This document shows, piece after piece, positions 32,787-43,406 of a stretch of DNA of 57,971 nt. The position numbers and the translations under genes were made by a program. Source of the DNA: Methylococcaceae bacterium (GTDB taxonomy: Bacteria; Pseudomonadota; Gammaproteobacteria; Methylococcales; Methylococcaceae); the NCBI GenBank assembly GCA_051007495.1, contig JBPCSC010000216.1, positions 1 through 57,971 of the forward strand, given 5' to 3'. Under the pieces are notes generated by a model. The model was given only the letters and a program-made list of their open reading frames with translations. It was not told where the DNA came from and made no database searches. The stretch's first letter is position 1. Each line of letters starts with the position of its first letter.

Positions 32787-35041
32787 TCACCCGTATCCGC
32801 TAGAGATTCCAATGCCTCGGCATCGGTCTCAGGTGGAACCATTGCCAGCACTACCCCGGCCAGAGGCGGCAGAACTATGCTGATGGAATAAGGCCGCCCC
32901 ATCCATTCGCGCTCATCGGTTTTCAGTATGCTGTTGCCAATGTTGCCGCCCGCATAATAAGTGGAATCGGAATTGAACAACTCACGATAGTTTCCGGGTT
33001 CAGGCACACCGATGCGGTAATCTTGGCGCACAACCGGGGTGAAATTAAAGGCCATCACCAGGAATTGATCCCCGCTACGCCTCAGATAAATCAAAACAGA
33101 CTTGGCCCAATCATGGCAGTCAACCCACTCAAAACCTTGATGGTCAAAGTCCAGTTCATACAGGGCCGGTTGGGTGCGATAAAGACGATTCAGATCACTC
33201 ACTAAACGCGCCATGCCTTTGTGGTACGCGTACTCCATCAAATGCCATTCCAGGCTGTGGGCGTGATTCCATTCGTGGCCTTGGCCGAACTCGCAACCCA
33301 TGAACAGCAGTTTCTTGCCCGGATAAGTAAACATCATGGTGTACAGCAGCCTTAGATTGGCAAACCGTTGCCACTCGTCTCCCGGCATCTTGTACAACAT
33401 GGATTGCTTGCCATGCACGACTTCATCATGTGAGAAAGGCAGAATAAAGTTCTCGGTAAAGGCGTACAGCAAACCGAACGTGAGTTGATCGTGATGGAAT
33501 TGACGGTGTACCGGATCCTTGCTCATATACACCAAAGTGTCGTGCATCCAGCCCATATTCCATTTCATGGAGAAGCCCAGTCCGCCCGTCCAGGTGGGGC
33601 GCGTCACCTGTGGCCAGGCGGTGGATTCCTCGGCCATGATCAGCGTGTTGGGAAATTGCTGGTGGGTGACCGTATTCAGTTCACGCAGAAAAGCAATGGC
33701 CTCAAGATTTTCATTGCCGCCGTATTTATTGGGGATCCAGTCACCGGGTTGTCTGGAGTAGTCGAGGTACAGCATTGACGCTACAGCGTCGACTCTAAGC
33801 CCATCAATGTGAAATTCTTCCAGCCAGAACATGGCACTGCCGATGAGGAAATTACACACTTCGTTGCGGCCGTAGTTGTAAATCAACGTCCCCCAGTCGC
33901 GGTGTTCTCCCAATCGTGGATCCGCGTGTTCATACAGCGCGGTGCCATCAAAGCGAGCCAACCCGTGAGCATCTTTGGGAAAGTGAGCCGGTACCCAGTC
34001 AAGCAGCACGCCAATTCCGTTGATGTGGCAATAATCCACAAAGTAACGAAAATCATCAGGTGTACCAAAACGGCTGGTAGGTGCAAAATAACCGGTGGTC
34101 TGATACCCCCAGGAAGCGTCCAGTGGGTGTTCGGTGATAGGGAGTAGTTCTATGTGGGTGAAACCTTGTTCCAGGGTATATTCAACCAGTTGGTGCGCGA
34201 GTTCGCGATACCCCAAAAATTGGTCGTTACTGTCTTTTTTCCATGAACCCAAATGCACTTCGTACACCGAAAGGGGTTCATGCAGCCAATCGTGTTGCAG
34301 GCGTTGGGTCATCCAGTCGGTATCGTTCCAAACATAAGTGCTGGGAGAAACGACGATTGAGGCCGTATTCGGACGCATTTCAAAACGCTGGCCGTATGGG
34401 TCGGTTTTGAGGAGTATCGCGCCATTGTGACGATTACGAATCTCGAATTTGTAGAGTGTGCCTTCCGGGATGCCGGGTATGAATAGCTCCCACACACCAC
34501 TGCCACCGCGCACCCGCATGGGGTGACTGCGGCCATCCCAGTCGTTGAAATCCCCGGTTACGCTGACCCGTTCGGCATTAGGTGCCCAAGTGGCGAACTG
34601 CACACCGGGCACGCCATCCACCGTTTTCGGATGGGCACCCAGTACACGGTAAATGTGCCAGTGTTTGCCTTCTCCGTAGAGGTAAAGGTCAAAATCGGCC
34701 AGTTGGGGCGAGAACGTGTAGGGATCGATACGGGTGTGGGTTTGACCGGCTTGGTCGACCCAGGTGATGCGATAGTGTCCGACCGGAGCTGTGTGTTCAA
34801 GGTGGGATTGGAACACGTCGGTTTCTTCCATGCGCTCCATCTCGATATCCTGCGAGCCAAACCACACGGAGCGGGCACCCGGGATGAATACTCTGAAAAC
34901 ATCACCGGATTCGGTTCTATGGCGTCCCAGAAAATTGAATGGGTCGTGATGGCGGGCTGTGAGAATGCGTTGAATGTCTGAATTTAAATTTTTTGTGTCC
35001 ATGGCTGCACCGGAAGTGATTTGAGGTTCTTTTGAGTTCAC
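32783..35041 (-). CDS. glgB: 1,4-alpha-glucan branching enzyme
   Basis: 752-aa ORF with GH13 catalytic motifs ([39 protein letters not shown]). GTG start at 35041 with AGAGG upstream. ATGA-type overlap with glgA. Confidence 0.94.
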   Translation of the reverse strand: MNSKEPQITSGAAMDTKNLNSDIQRILTARHHDPFNFLGRHRTESGDVFRVFIPGARSVWFGSQDIEMERMEETDVFQSHLEHTAPVGHYRITWVDQAGQTHTRIDPYTFSPQLADFDLYLYGEGKHWHIYRVLGAHPKTVDGVPGVQFATWAPNAERVSVTGDFNDWDGRSHPMRVRGGSGVWELFIPGIPEGTLYKFEIRNRHNGAILLKTDPYGQRFEMRPNTASIVVSPSTYVWNDTDWMTQRLQHDWLHEPLSVYEVHLGSWKKDSNDQFLGYRELAHQLVEYTLEQGFTHIELLPITEHPLDASWGYQTTGYFAPTSRFGTPDDFRYFVDYCHINGIGVLLDWVPAHFPKDAHGLARFDGTALYEHADPRLGEHRDWGTLIYNYGRNEVCNFLIGSAMFWLEEFHIDGLRVDAVASMLYLDYSRQPGDWIPNKYGGNENLEAIAFLRELNTVTHQQFPNTLIMAEESTAWPQVTRPTWTGGLGFSMKWNMGWMHDTLVYMSKDPVHRQFHHDQLTFGLLYAFTENFILPFSHDEVVHGKQSMLYKMPGDEWQRFANLRLLYTMMFTYPGKKLLFMGCEFGQGHEWNHAHSLEWHLMEYAYHKGMARLVSDLNRLYRTQPALYELDFDHQGFEWVDCHDWAKSVLIYLRRSGDQFLVMAFNFTPVVRQDYRIGVPEPGNYRELFNSDSTYYAGGNIGNSILKTDEREWMGRPYSISIVLPPLAGVVLAMVPPETDAEALESLADTGE

Positions 35042-35142
35042 TTTATTCTGCCTCTGATAGTAAAATGTCCCGGCGAAACAAGCACCCGAAACGCCAGGAG
35101 TATGTTATCAAATTTCCCCCTGGATGTAGTCACCGTCCCTAA

Positions 35143-36426
35143 ATGGAGCCTTCCATGCCCGAATCGATGCACGCCTCCCGCTTTGTAAGCCGCCTGACCC
35201 GCCACACATTGGCCCTCATTCTGGCGGGAGGTCGAGGAACCCGTCTGCACAAGTTGACTGAATGGAGAGCCAAGCCCGCCGTGCCCTTTGGCGGCAAATT
35301 CCGCATCATAGATTTTCCCCTGTCCAACTGCCTCAATTCCGGGATACGTCAAGTAGGCGTACTGACTCAATACAAGGCCGATTCCCTCATCCGCCATATC
35401 CAGCAAGGCTGGGGTTTTTTGCGGGCTGAACTCGGTGAATTTGTCGACATTCTGCCTGCCCAGCAGCGTCTACAGGAAACCTGGTACTCAGGCACCGCCG
35501 ATGCCGTCTATCAGAACATCGACATATTCCGTCAACGGGATCCTGAATACATACTCATACTAGCCGGTGATCACGTCTACAAAATGGATTACGGGTTGAT
35601 GATCGCCAATCACGTCGAAAGCAAGGCCGACCTGACCATAGGCTGCATGGAGGTACCCCGCGAAGAGGCCAAAGCCTTTGGCGTGATGCATGTGGACGAA
35701 AACAAACGGATAATCGATTTCGTCGAAAAGCCGGAAAATCCCCCACCCATGCCTAATCGCCCCGATCATGCCCTGGCATCCATGGGTATTTACGTCTTCA
35801 ACACGGCGTTTCTGTTCGAGCAACTCATCAAAGACGCAGACACCCCAGGCTCCAGCCACGATTTCGGCAAAGACATCATCCCTTCGGTCATAAAAAAATA
35901 TCGCGTTTTCGCCTATCCCTTCCGAGATGACCAAAGCGGTGTGCAATCGTACTGGCGGGATGTCGGAACTCTGGATTCCTACTGGGCCGCCAACATGGAA
36001 CTCATAGGCATTGATCCTGAACTCAATCTTTATGACAAAGACTGGCCAATCTGGACGTACCAGGCCCAGACGCCACCGGCCAAGTTTGTGTTTGATGACG
36101 ATGACCGTCGTGGCATGGCGGTGGACTCCATGGTCTCCGGAGGCTGCATAATCTCAGGTTCTGAAGTCCGTCATTCCCTGCTGTTCAGCAACGTTAGAAT
36201 CAATTCATACAGTCGGGTAGAGGATTCCGTCATCCTTCCGGATGTCAACATAGGGCGACACTGCCGCATCACCAAGGCAGTCATCGACAAGGGGTGTCAA
36301 ATCCCGCCCAATACGGTCATCGGCGAAAATCTTGAAGAAGATCGCAAACGGTTCTACATCAGTCCAACCGGAGTCATCCTGGTGACACCGGATGTTTTAG
36401 GTCAACGCCTGCATTACGCTCGATGA
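35143..36426 (+). CDS. glgC: Glucose-1-phosphate adenylyltransferase
   Basis: 427-aa ORF with [28 protein letters not shown] and a C-terminal left-handed beta-helix region. The start could be one of three nearby ATGs. Confidence 0.94.
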   Translation: MEPSMPESMHASRFVSRLTRHTLALILAGGRGTRLHKLTEWRAKPAVPFGGKFRIIDFPLSNCLNSGIRQVGVLTQYKADSLIRHIQQGWGFLRAELGEFVDILPAQQRLQETWYSGTADAVYQNIDIFRQRDPEYILILAGDHVYKMDYGLMIANHVESKADLTIGCMEVPREEAKAFGVMHVDENKRIIDFVEKPENPPPMPNRPDHALASMGIYVFNTAFLFEQLIKDADTPGSSHDFGKDIIPSVIKKYRVFAYPFRDDQSGVQSYWRDVGTLDSYWAANMELIGIDPELNLYDKDWPIWTYQAQTPPAKFVFDDDDRRGMAVDSMVSGGCIISGSEVRHSLLFSNVRINSYSRVEDSVILPDVNIGRHCRITKAVIDKGCQIPPNTVIGENLEEDRKRFYISPTGVILVTPDVLGQRLHYAR

Positions 36427-36532
36427 TCGGATCGCCTCGGGGTGGTGTTAAAACCTGACCCACCCCGCAATGAATATTCCACACCACCTATCGGCTGTTT
36501 TTCAAACGCCCAGCGATCCAGAGGGATAGAAC

Positions 36533-38044
36533 GTGACCACCGTACACAGCATATTGACCAGACGGCAAACAGGGGTTTTGCTGCACATTACCTCCTTGCC
36601 CGGCAGGACAGATCAAGGCGATCTGGGTACGGATGCCTACCGCTTCATCGACTTCCTGGCCGAATGCGGTGTCAGCGTCTGGCAAATCCTGCCCATAGGC
36701 CCAACCCATCCTGACAATTCTCCTTACCAATGTCTGTCCGCCCATGCCGGCAATCCTTTATTGATTGATCTGGACTGGCTAGCACAGCAAGGCTGGTTGA
36801 CTGCCGACGACATCACTTCTGCGGAGACCGGCACAAGTTCGGCGTACCGAAAAGCCTGCCTGAAAAAAGCGGGTGCGGTGTTCCGTAAAGATACGCGGCA
36901 TCCGCTACAGTCGGCGTACCGTAAATTTTGCAAGGAACAAGAATCCTGGCTACCCGACTTCGCCCTGTTCATGGCCCTCAGAGAGCATCACGGCCAATCG
37001 GCCTGGCAAACCTGGCCACAAAACCTGCGTGATCGGGCCCCTGACGCACTGGCCAAAACCCGGCGCAAACTGGCCACGCCCATCAGCAATATCAAGTTCG
37101 AGCAATTTGTGTTTTCTCGTCAATGGAATGCCTTGCGCCAGTACGCAGCCGCCCGAAACATAACCCTATTCGGAGATATGCCCATTTTCGTCTCCGATGA
37201 CAGTGCCGACGTTTGGGCCTCGCGCAACGATTTCAATCTGCGAGAAGATGGCTACCCCAGCGTAGTGGCGGGCGTTCCGCCCGACTATTTCTCTGCTACG
37301 GGCCAACGCTGGGGTAACCCGCACTACAACTGGGATGCCATGCGGGCGGATGGTTTTCGCTGGTGGTTGGATCGGTTTCGTAGCCAGTTGGCATTACATG
37401 ACTGGCTCAGAATAGACCATTTTCGTGGCCTGGAAGCCTATTGGGAAATTCCGGCTGAATCGGAAACCGCGATGGAGGGTCATTGGGTAAAAGCACCAGG
37501 CGAGGCCTTGCTCGAAACCGTATTCGACACCTTGAACGGGGCCGGTCTGCCCTTGGTGGCTGAAAACCTGGGTATCATCACTCCAGAAGTGGAAGCCCTC
37601 AGAGCGCGGTTCGATTTACCCGGCATGCTGATTTTGCAATTTGCGTTTGATGGGGACGATTCCAACCCCTACCTGCCCAAAAACCACACCGAAAACAACG
37701 TCGTCTACACCGGCACACACGACAACGACACCACCCTGTCCTGGTATGAAAATCTGAGCTTCGACATGCAGCAGCATGTTCTGCATCGAATCGCTGAATT
37801 TCTGGGTCAAGATGTCTCTGACTTGCCGAGCATGCCTGAAGTGTTGAATGTATGCGCTCTGGCCTCCTGCTCGCGCCTGGCCATACTGCCCATGCAGGAT
37901 ATTCTGGGCCTGGGGCAGGGCTACCGCATGAACACCCCCGGCACATGCACCGGAAACTGGTCTTGGCGATTCGACTGGGATCAACTCAGTGCGGACATCA
38001 AAACCCGTTTGAGCGATCAAATCAAACAATACGATCGGCATTAA
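36533..38044 (+). CDS. malQ: 4-alpha-glucanotransferase (amylomaltase)
   Basis: 503-aa ORF with GVLLHITSLPG N-terminus, the LRIDHFRGL catalytic region and YTGTHDNDT motif. GTG start with GAGGG 7 nt upstream. Confidence 0.92.
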   Translation: MTTVHSILTRRQTGVLLHITSLPGRTDQGDLGTDAYRFIDFLAECGVSVWQILPIGPTHPDNSPYQCLSAHAGNPLLIDLDWLAQQGWLTADDITSAETGTSSAYRKACLKKAGAVFRKDTRHPLQSAYRKFCKEQESWLPDFALFMALREHHGQSAWQTWPQNLRDRAPDALAKTRRKLATPISNIKFEQFVFSRQWNALRQYAAARNITLFGDMPIFVSDDSADVWASRNDFNLREDGYPSVVAGVPPDYFSATGQRWGNPHYNWDAMRADGFRWWLDRFRSQLALHDWLRIDHFRGLEAYWEIPAESETAMEGHWVKAPGEALLETVFDTLNGAGLPLVAENLGIITPEVEALRARFDLPGMLILQFAFDGDDSNPYLPKNHTENNVVYTGTHDNDTTLSWYENLSFDMQQHVLHRIAEFLGQDVSDLPSMPEVLNVCALASCSRLAILPMQDILGLGQGYRMNTPGTCTGNWSWRFDWDQLSADIKTRLSDQIKQYDRH

Positions 38045-38082
38045 GCCGCATTCCCCCCCACCCCGCGCAATAAAAATCTTGA

Positions 38083-38124
38083 GAGGAAAGTCGGCCAAAC
38101 GGTCGGCTTTCCTCTTTGTCTGTC
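38083..38124. terminator. Hairpin terminator between the convergent malQ and DUF2267 genes
   Basis: GAGGAAAGTCGGCC-AAAC-GGTCGGCTTTCCTC forms a 14-bp stem including two G-U pairs. It is followed by TTTGTCTGTC on the plus strand and sits between two convergent stops. Confidence 0.6.
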
Positions 38125-38176
38125 TGGGGGAATATCCTCAGCACGCGGGGCTCGAAGTGCTGAACACCAGTCGGCA

Positions 38177-38560
38177 TCACGCCGAGTGCGGGTTTCCCAT
38201 GAGTGAATCCCATTCATGCGGTAACTGAGCACGAATTTTCTTCATCTCACCACTATCCACCGCAACTTCCATCACGTTCAGCACAACACGGGCGTGAAAG
38301 ATCGCATCCGACAAACCCCGTCCTTCACGCTCGGCCACCCGTTGGTAAAAATCCTCCAGGGTAAAACGCCCGTGATACGGCGGAGTGCGTAGAAAATGCC
38401 CTATCTCCATCGGCAGTTGGGCCGCCAGATTATCGGCACTGCCACCGTAGAGACGCTCGCCGAATGTTTCCAGAGTGGCCCGGATAGCCCGCACGGCCTC
38501 TTCCAGGCTAGCCAAACGGGCCTGATGCTGAACCTGGCCTAAAAAATCTTCATACTTCAT
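38177..38560 (-). CDS. DUF2267 domain-containing protein
   Basis: 127-aa ORF with two helical repeats that match my recollection of DUF2267 (FLGQVQHQARLASLEEAVRAIRATLETFGERL...LAAQLP and FYQRVAEREG...ARVVLNVMEVAV...IRAQLP). Confidence 0.72.
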   Translation of the reverse strand: MKYEDFLGQVQHQARLASLEEAVRAIRATLETFGERLYGGSADNLAAQLPMEIGHFLRTPPYHGRFTLEDFYQRVAEREGRGLSDAIFHARVVLNVMEVAVDSGEMKKIRAQLPHEWDSLMGNPHSA

Positions 38561-38799
38561 GGCAATCCTCCTGAATTATTATTGGATCCCAAACGGAATC
38601 AAAACATGATTAAGCGTATCACCCGGACATAATGCCGTTATGAATGAAAAATACCCATACGGGTATTTACCTGAACCCGGCCGGATGCGAACGGTAAAAC
38701 CACCAATGGAATGAGTGCTAACCCCTTTTTATAATAAACAAATCCAGGCAAAATTATTTCCGGCGCGATAGCGATATTACCTACAACAATGGCATTGAT

Positions 38800-39765
38800 A
38801 TGGCTGTCAACAGGATCAATCATCAATATTATCTTCTCTCGTTTCATGAGTCGACGGCGACAAGAAAACAGGAATATAAACTCTACAACGAACTGGACAG
38901 GATAACCCGTATCCTCAACCATATCCCCGGGCTTTTTTATCTGTTTGACACGCACGGTAGGTTTTTATACTGGAACCAGAATTTTGAATCAGTTTCCGGG
39001 TATACCCCGGAACAGATTGCCGAGGCTCACCCATTGGATTTCATCCCCGAAGAACAGCAGGGTGTGGTACTGGACATCACCCGCCAGGTCTTCGTCACCG
39101 GTTATGCGGCCAGTGAGTGGTCATTGCTGACCCGCAACAAGATCAAAATCCCCTATTTGTTCCACCAGACCCGCTACCGCATGGACGGCGGCGAGTGCCT
39201 GATGAGCATAGGCATAGACATTGGCGAACGCACCCGCCGCGAAGCCGAAACCCGGCAACAGGCCAATTTTGATACCTTGACCGGATTACCCAGTCGCAAC
39301 CTGCTGTACGACCGCTTCAGTCGCACGCTCAGTGTTGCCGATCGCTACGGGCGATTACTGGGAATACTGTTTATTGATCTGGATTCATTCAAGGACGTGA
39401 ACGATACCTTCGGCCATCAAACCGGAGACAAAGTATTGCGCCATACCGCCCAAAGAATATTTTGCTGCCTCAGGGACAGTGATACGGTAGCCCGGATGGG
39501 AGGGGATGAATTCGTAGTATTGCTACCCGAAATAACAGGAGAAGACGAAGCCTGTGTAGTGGCTGGAAAGATACTGGAAGCATTGCGGAATCCAATGGAT
39601 CTGAAAGATTGCACGATTACTATTTCATCGAGTATCGGCATTGCCATTTTTCCGGTACACGGACAGACAGAAGAATCATTGATAAACGCCGCCGACCTGG
39701 CCATGTATGAATCCAAAAAAGCCGGTAAAAACCAATATCAGGTGTTCAGGCCAACCACCGATTAA
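38800..39765 (+). CDS. PAS domain-containing diguanylate cyclase (GGDEF)
   Basis: 321-aa ORF with a PAS-like segment ([30 protein letters not shown]). The GGDEF domain has active site [11 protein letters not shown] and an RxxD I-site (RDSD) five residues upstream. The start codon is uncertain because no SD is visible. Confidence 0.87.
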   Translation: MAVNRINHQYYLLSFHESTATRKQEYKLYNELDRITRILNHIPGLFYLFDTHGRFLYWNQNFESVSGYTPEQIAEAHPLDFIPEEQQGVVLDITRQVFVTGYAASEWSLLTRNKIKIPYLFHQTRYRMDGGECLMSIGIDIGERTRREAETRQQANFDTLTGLPSRNLLYDRFSRTLSVADRYGRLLGILFIDLDSFKDVNDTFGHQTGDKVLRHTAQRIFCCLRDSDTVARMGGDEFVVLLPEITGEDEACVVAGKILEALRNPMDLKDCTITISSSIGIAIFPVHGQTEESLINAADLAMYESKKAGKNQYQVFRPTTD

Positions 39766-40775
39766 ATAGCCGTGGTTTCGGTCAAAGGCCAACGGGGACG
39801 CGCCCGTATTTCCAGGGGATCACTCAAGCCCGCGCTCAATCGTCTGTAACCGGCATAGGCAATCATCGCCCCGTTGTCGCCGCAAAATTCCAGGCGTGGA
39901 AAATAAACCCTATATCCTGCATGACTGGCCATAGCCTCCAGGCGTTGCCGCATCAAACGGTTGGCACTGACTCCGCCCGCCACCACCAGTCGGTTCAGGC
40001 CGGTTTGTTCCAGAGCACGGCGGGATTTTATAACCAGGGTATCGACCGCCGCTTCCTGAAAGGCCCGGGCAATATCGGCTTTGTCCTGCAGGGATTGTCC
40101 AGACCCATTAAAAATATGTAGCGTGTGGGTTTTTAATCCACTGAAACTGAAATCAAGCCCGGGTCGGTCGGTCATGGGGCGAGGAAAATCAAATCGCCCG
40201 GACTGGCCGCATTCGGCCATTCGCGCCACCTCAGGCCCACCCGGATACCCTAACCCCATGAGTTTGGCGGTTTTATCGAAGGCTTCTCCGGCGGCATCAT
40301 CCAGGGACTCACCCAAAATGTGATAGTCGCCAATCCCCCCCACACGCACCAATTGGGTGTGTCCACCCGATACCAGCAGCGCGACAAACGGAAACTCAGG
40401 CGGATCCACTTCCAGCAATGGGGCCAGCAGATGACCTTCCAGGTGGTGTACCCCTATGGCCGGAATATCCAGAGCGTAGGCCATGCTGCGGGCCACGCTG
40501 GCCCCGACCAGCAAAGCCCCCATCAAACCAGGCCCTGCAGTGTAGGCGATGCCGTTCAGATCGTGGCGTTCGATTCCTGCTTCGGCCAGCACACGCCGCA
40601 CCAGCGGAATCAACCACAGAATATGATCGCGTGAAGCCAGTTCGGGAACCACACCCCCGTACTCAGCGTGTAAACGCACCTGGCTGTGTAACAAATGGGC
40701 CACCAATCCCCGGCTTGAGTGGTAGAGAGCCACCCCGGTTTCATCGCAAGAAGTCTCAACGCCTAGCACATACAT
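39762..40775 (-). CDS. tsaD: tRNA N6-adenosine threonylcarbamoyltransferase
   Basis: 337-aa ORF starting [18 protein letters not shown] with [10 protein letters not shown] and [10 protein letters not shown] motifs. Divergent from rpsU, as is usual. Confidence 0.95.
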   Translation of the reverse strand: MYVLGVETSCDETGVALYHSSRGLVAHLLHSQVRLHAEYGGVVPELASRDHILWLIPLVRRVLAEAGIERHDLNGIAYTAGPGLMGALLVGASVARSMAYALDIPAIGVHHLEGHLLAPLLEVDPPEFPFVALLVSGGHTQLVRVGGIGDYHILGESLDDAAGEAFDKTAKLMGLGYPGGPEVARMAECGQSGRFDFPRPMTDRPGLDFSFSGLKTHTLHIFNGSGQSLQDKADIARAFQEAAVDTLVIKSRRALEQTGLNRLVVAGGVSANRLMRQRLEAMASHAGYRVYFPRLEFCGDNGAMIAYAGYRRLSAGLSDPLEIRARPRWPLTETTAI

Positions 40776-40777
40776 AC

Positions 40778-40806
40778 TTTTTACTTCGTGTTTTAGCGGT
40801 TATAAT
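40778..40806 (+). promoter_or_regulatory. Candidate rpsU promoter (perfect -10)
   Basis: TATAAT at 40801-40806 with a weak -35 (TTTTTA) 17 nt upstream. A 7-bp leader hairpin GGCCCGG-N7-CCGGGCC (40822-40842) follows. The ATG is at 40885. Confidence 0.35.
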
Positions 40807-40884
40807 CCCGCGCTTCAATTCGGCCCGGCACAACTCCGGGCCATTCTTCAAACCCAAATTTAATCACGAAAACCGGGGAGCTAC

Positions 40885-41118
40885 ATGCCTTCAATCAAAA
40901 TCAGAGAAAACGAACCCTTTGAAATCGCCATCCGTCGTTTCAAACGCGCCTGTGAAAAAGCAGGTGTCCTGTCCGAAGTGCGTAAACGCGAGTACTACGA
41001 AAAGCCCACCGAAGAACGCAAACGCAAAGCGGCAGCGGCAGTCAAACGTCATCTGAAGAAGCTATCCCGGGAACGTTTCGCGCTACAAAATCTACGCAAA
41101 GGCCGTCCGCAGGTCTGA
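40885..41118 (+). CDS. rpsU: 30S ribosomal protein S21
   Basis: 77-aa basic protein [48 protein letters not shown]..., with GGGGAG upstream. Confidence 0.95.
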   Translation: MPSIKIRENEPFEIAIRRFKRACEKAGVLSEVRKREYYEKPTEERKRKAAAAVKRHLKKLSRERFALQNLRKGRPQV

Positions 41119-41128
41119 GTGCACCACC

Positions 41129-41578
41129 ATGTCTACCCTCAAAGAACGCCTGCAAGCCGACATGAAATCGGCTATGAAGTCCGGTGCCAAAGCCCGCCTG
41201 GGTGTGATCCGGCTTATCAATTCAGCCATTAAACAACGTGAAGTAGACGAGCGAATCAACCTGGAAGATGCCGATGTCATCGCTATTTTGGACAAAATGG
41301 TCAAGCAGCGGCGCGAGTCCATCAGCCAGTTTGAAGCGGCAAACCGTCAGGATCTGGCCGATGCTGAAAAAGCTGAAATCACAGTGCTGCACGACTATCT
41401 GCCGACTGCATTGACGGATGATGAAATTGATAACCTGATTGCAGAAGCCATGGCCGAAGTCGGCACGGAAGGCCCCAGCGCGATGGGCAAGATCATGGCA
41501 CTGCTCAAGCCCAAAATGCAGGGGCGTGCCGACATGACCGCAGTCAGTGCCCGGGTAAAGGCCAGATTATCACCATAA
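41129..41578 (+). CDS. GatB/YqeY domain-containing protein
   Basis: 149-aa ORF MSTLKERLQADMKSAMKSGAKARLGVIRLINSAIKQREVDE..., typical YqeY. Lies between rpsU and dnaG. Confidence 0.88.
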   Translation: MSTLKERLQADMKSAMKSGAKARLGVIRLINSAIKQREVDERINLEDADVIAILDKMVKQRRESISQFEAANRQDLADAEKAEITVLHDYLPTALTDDEIDNLIAEAMAEVGTEGPSAMGKIMALLKPKMQGRADMTAVSARVKARLSP

Positions 41579-41650
41579 TCCCTACGCCAGGCTGACCCGG
41601 ACGGATCAATCATCCGGTTCGGCCCGAACCCGCCAGGAACCCATACCCTG

Positions 41651-43384
41651 ATGGCTACACGCATACCCCGCGAGTTCATACAGGAAATTCTGGCCCGAGT
41701 TGATCTGGTTGAATTGATCGAAGCCCGGTTGACCCTCAAACGATCGGGCAATAACTACACCGCCCGCTGTCCGTTTCATAACGAAAAAACCCCCAGCTTT
41801 TCTGTCCGGCGAGACAAACAGTTCTATCACTGTTTCGGATGCGGTGCCCACGGCAACGCCATCGGTTTTTTGATAGAGTTTGACCGCCTCAGTTTTACGG
41901 AAGCGGTTCGGCAACTGGCCGAACAAGTCGGCCTGCCCGTCCCTGCCGAACACGAAAGCGATTCCGCGCCACCGACCATCAACAACCAGCCCTTGCTGGA
42001 CATACAAAAAAGCGCGGCCAGTTTTTACGCCCGCCAGTTCAAAACCCATCCGAGTGCCCACAAAGCCGTTGAATACCTCAAAAACCGAGGCATTTCCGGT
42101 GAAATGGCCAAGCGGTTTCGGCTGGGATATGCCCCGCCGGGTTGGCGTAATCTGCCCTCAGCCTGGCCGGAAGAGTTGCTGATTACCTCAGGGCTTTGCA
42201 TTCAGAACGAAGGCAAAACCTACGACCGTTTCCGCGACCGCATCATGTTCCCGATACGAAACGGGCGCGGGCAGGTCATCGGTTTCGGTGGTCGAGTTCT
42301 CAACGACGACAAACCTAAATACATCAACTCACCCGAAACCCCCGTATTCAAAAAGCATCGAGAGCTATATGGTTTGTATGAAACCTTGGAGCACACCCGC
42401 AAACCGGCCAGAATCCTGGTGGTAGAAGGCTATATGGACGTGATCGCCTTGGCCGAGGCCGGAATATCCGAAGCCGTAGCCACGCTGGGAACAGCCACCT
42501 CGGAAGACCATTTACAGTTACTTTTTCGTTACACCAATGAACTGGTATTGTGTTTCGACGGCGATAGGGCCGGGCAGCAGGCCGCCTGGAAAGCACTGGA
42601 AGCCGCCTTACCCTATCTGCGTGATGGACGCCAACTCAGGTTTCTGACCTTACCCGCCGGTCACGATCCAGACTCGCTGGTTCGTGCTCACGGCCCACAA
42701 CAATTTCTTGACCTGGCCCAGACGGCGCAGCCATTCTCTGAATACCTGTTCGCGCAACTGACGCACTCACTGGACATGCAGAGCATAGAATCCAGGGCCA
42801 ACCTGATGCGTTCGGCCACACCGTTGATTGCGAAAATTCCTGAAGGCGTATTTCGCAGCTTGCTGGAACAAAAACTGGCTGAACTCAGCGGTTGTGATCC
42901 CAGCCCTCAGCCTGCCCCACGCCCCCCCTCGGTGACAGGGTTCAGACCACCCCAAAACCGCAGATCCAGCAAGCCAAAACCGTCGCTCATGCGTTTCTTT
43001 TTGGCCTTGCTTTTATATAAACCCGCACTGGCCCGCCTGTTAACCCCGACCACCCGACGGCTTATTTGTGCCGCCCCCAAGGGCGGATCATTAGCCCAAA
43101 AAATACTGGTTTTGCTGGAGGAACACCCCGAGGCATCCAGCGAATCGCTTGAGGACGCATTTAGAGGCAAACCTGAAGAAGGCTTCATCAAAGAATTGTT
43201 GACGTGGGCGGCTGACAATATGGTGGCGGATGCAGACAGGCTGGACGCTGAATTTCAAGGCACTGTACAAAAGCTGGAGCAACGTATGACCCAACAACGG
43301 CTGGACGCATTATTAGAGCAAAGCCTGCACACCGCGCTTAGCACCACCGAACAGGACGAACTCCGCGCCCTACTGAAAAACTGA
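41651..43384 (+). CDS. dnaG: DNA primase
   Basis: 577-aa ORF with zinc-binding CPFHNEKTPSFSVRRDKQFYHCFGCGAHGN, a TOPRIM region (VVEGYMDVIAL, CFDGDRAGQQAA) and a helicase-interaction C-terminus. Confidence 0.95.
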   Translation: MATRIPREFIQEILARVDLVELIEARLTLKRSGNNYTARCPFHNEKTPSFSVRRDKQFYHCFGCGAHGNAIGFLIEFDRLSFTEAVRQLAEQVGLPVPAEHESDSAPPTINNQPLLDIQKSAASFYARQFKTHPSAHKAVEYLKNRGISGEMAKRFRLGYAPPGWRNLPSAWPEELLITSGLCIQNEGKTYDRFRDRIMFPIRNGRGQVIGFGGRVLNDDKPKYINSPETPVFKKHRELYGLYETLEHTRKPARILVVEGYMDVIALAEAGISEAVATLGTATSEDHLQLLFRYTNELVLCFDGDRAGQQAAWKALEAALPYLRDGRQLRFLTLPAGHDPDSLVRAHGPQQFLDLAQTAQPFSEYLFAQLTHSLDMQSIESRANLMRSATPLIAKIPEGVFRSLLEQKLAELSGCDPSPQPAPRPPSVTGFRPPQNRRSSKPKPSLMRFFLALLLYKPALARLLTPTTRRLICAAPKGGSLAQKILVLLEEHPEASSESLEDAFRGKPEEGFIKELLTWAADNMVADADRLDAEFQGTVQKLEQRMTQQRLDALLEQSLHTALSTTEQDELRALLKN

Positions 43385-43406
43385 TTCCCGCTCAGGTCAT
43401 GGATGC

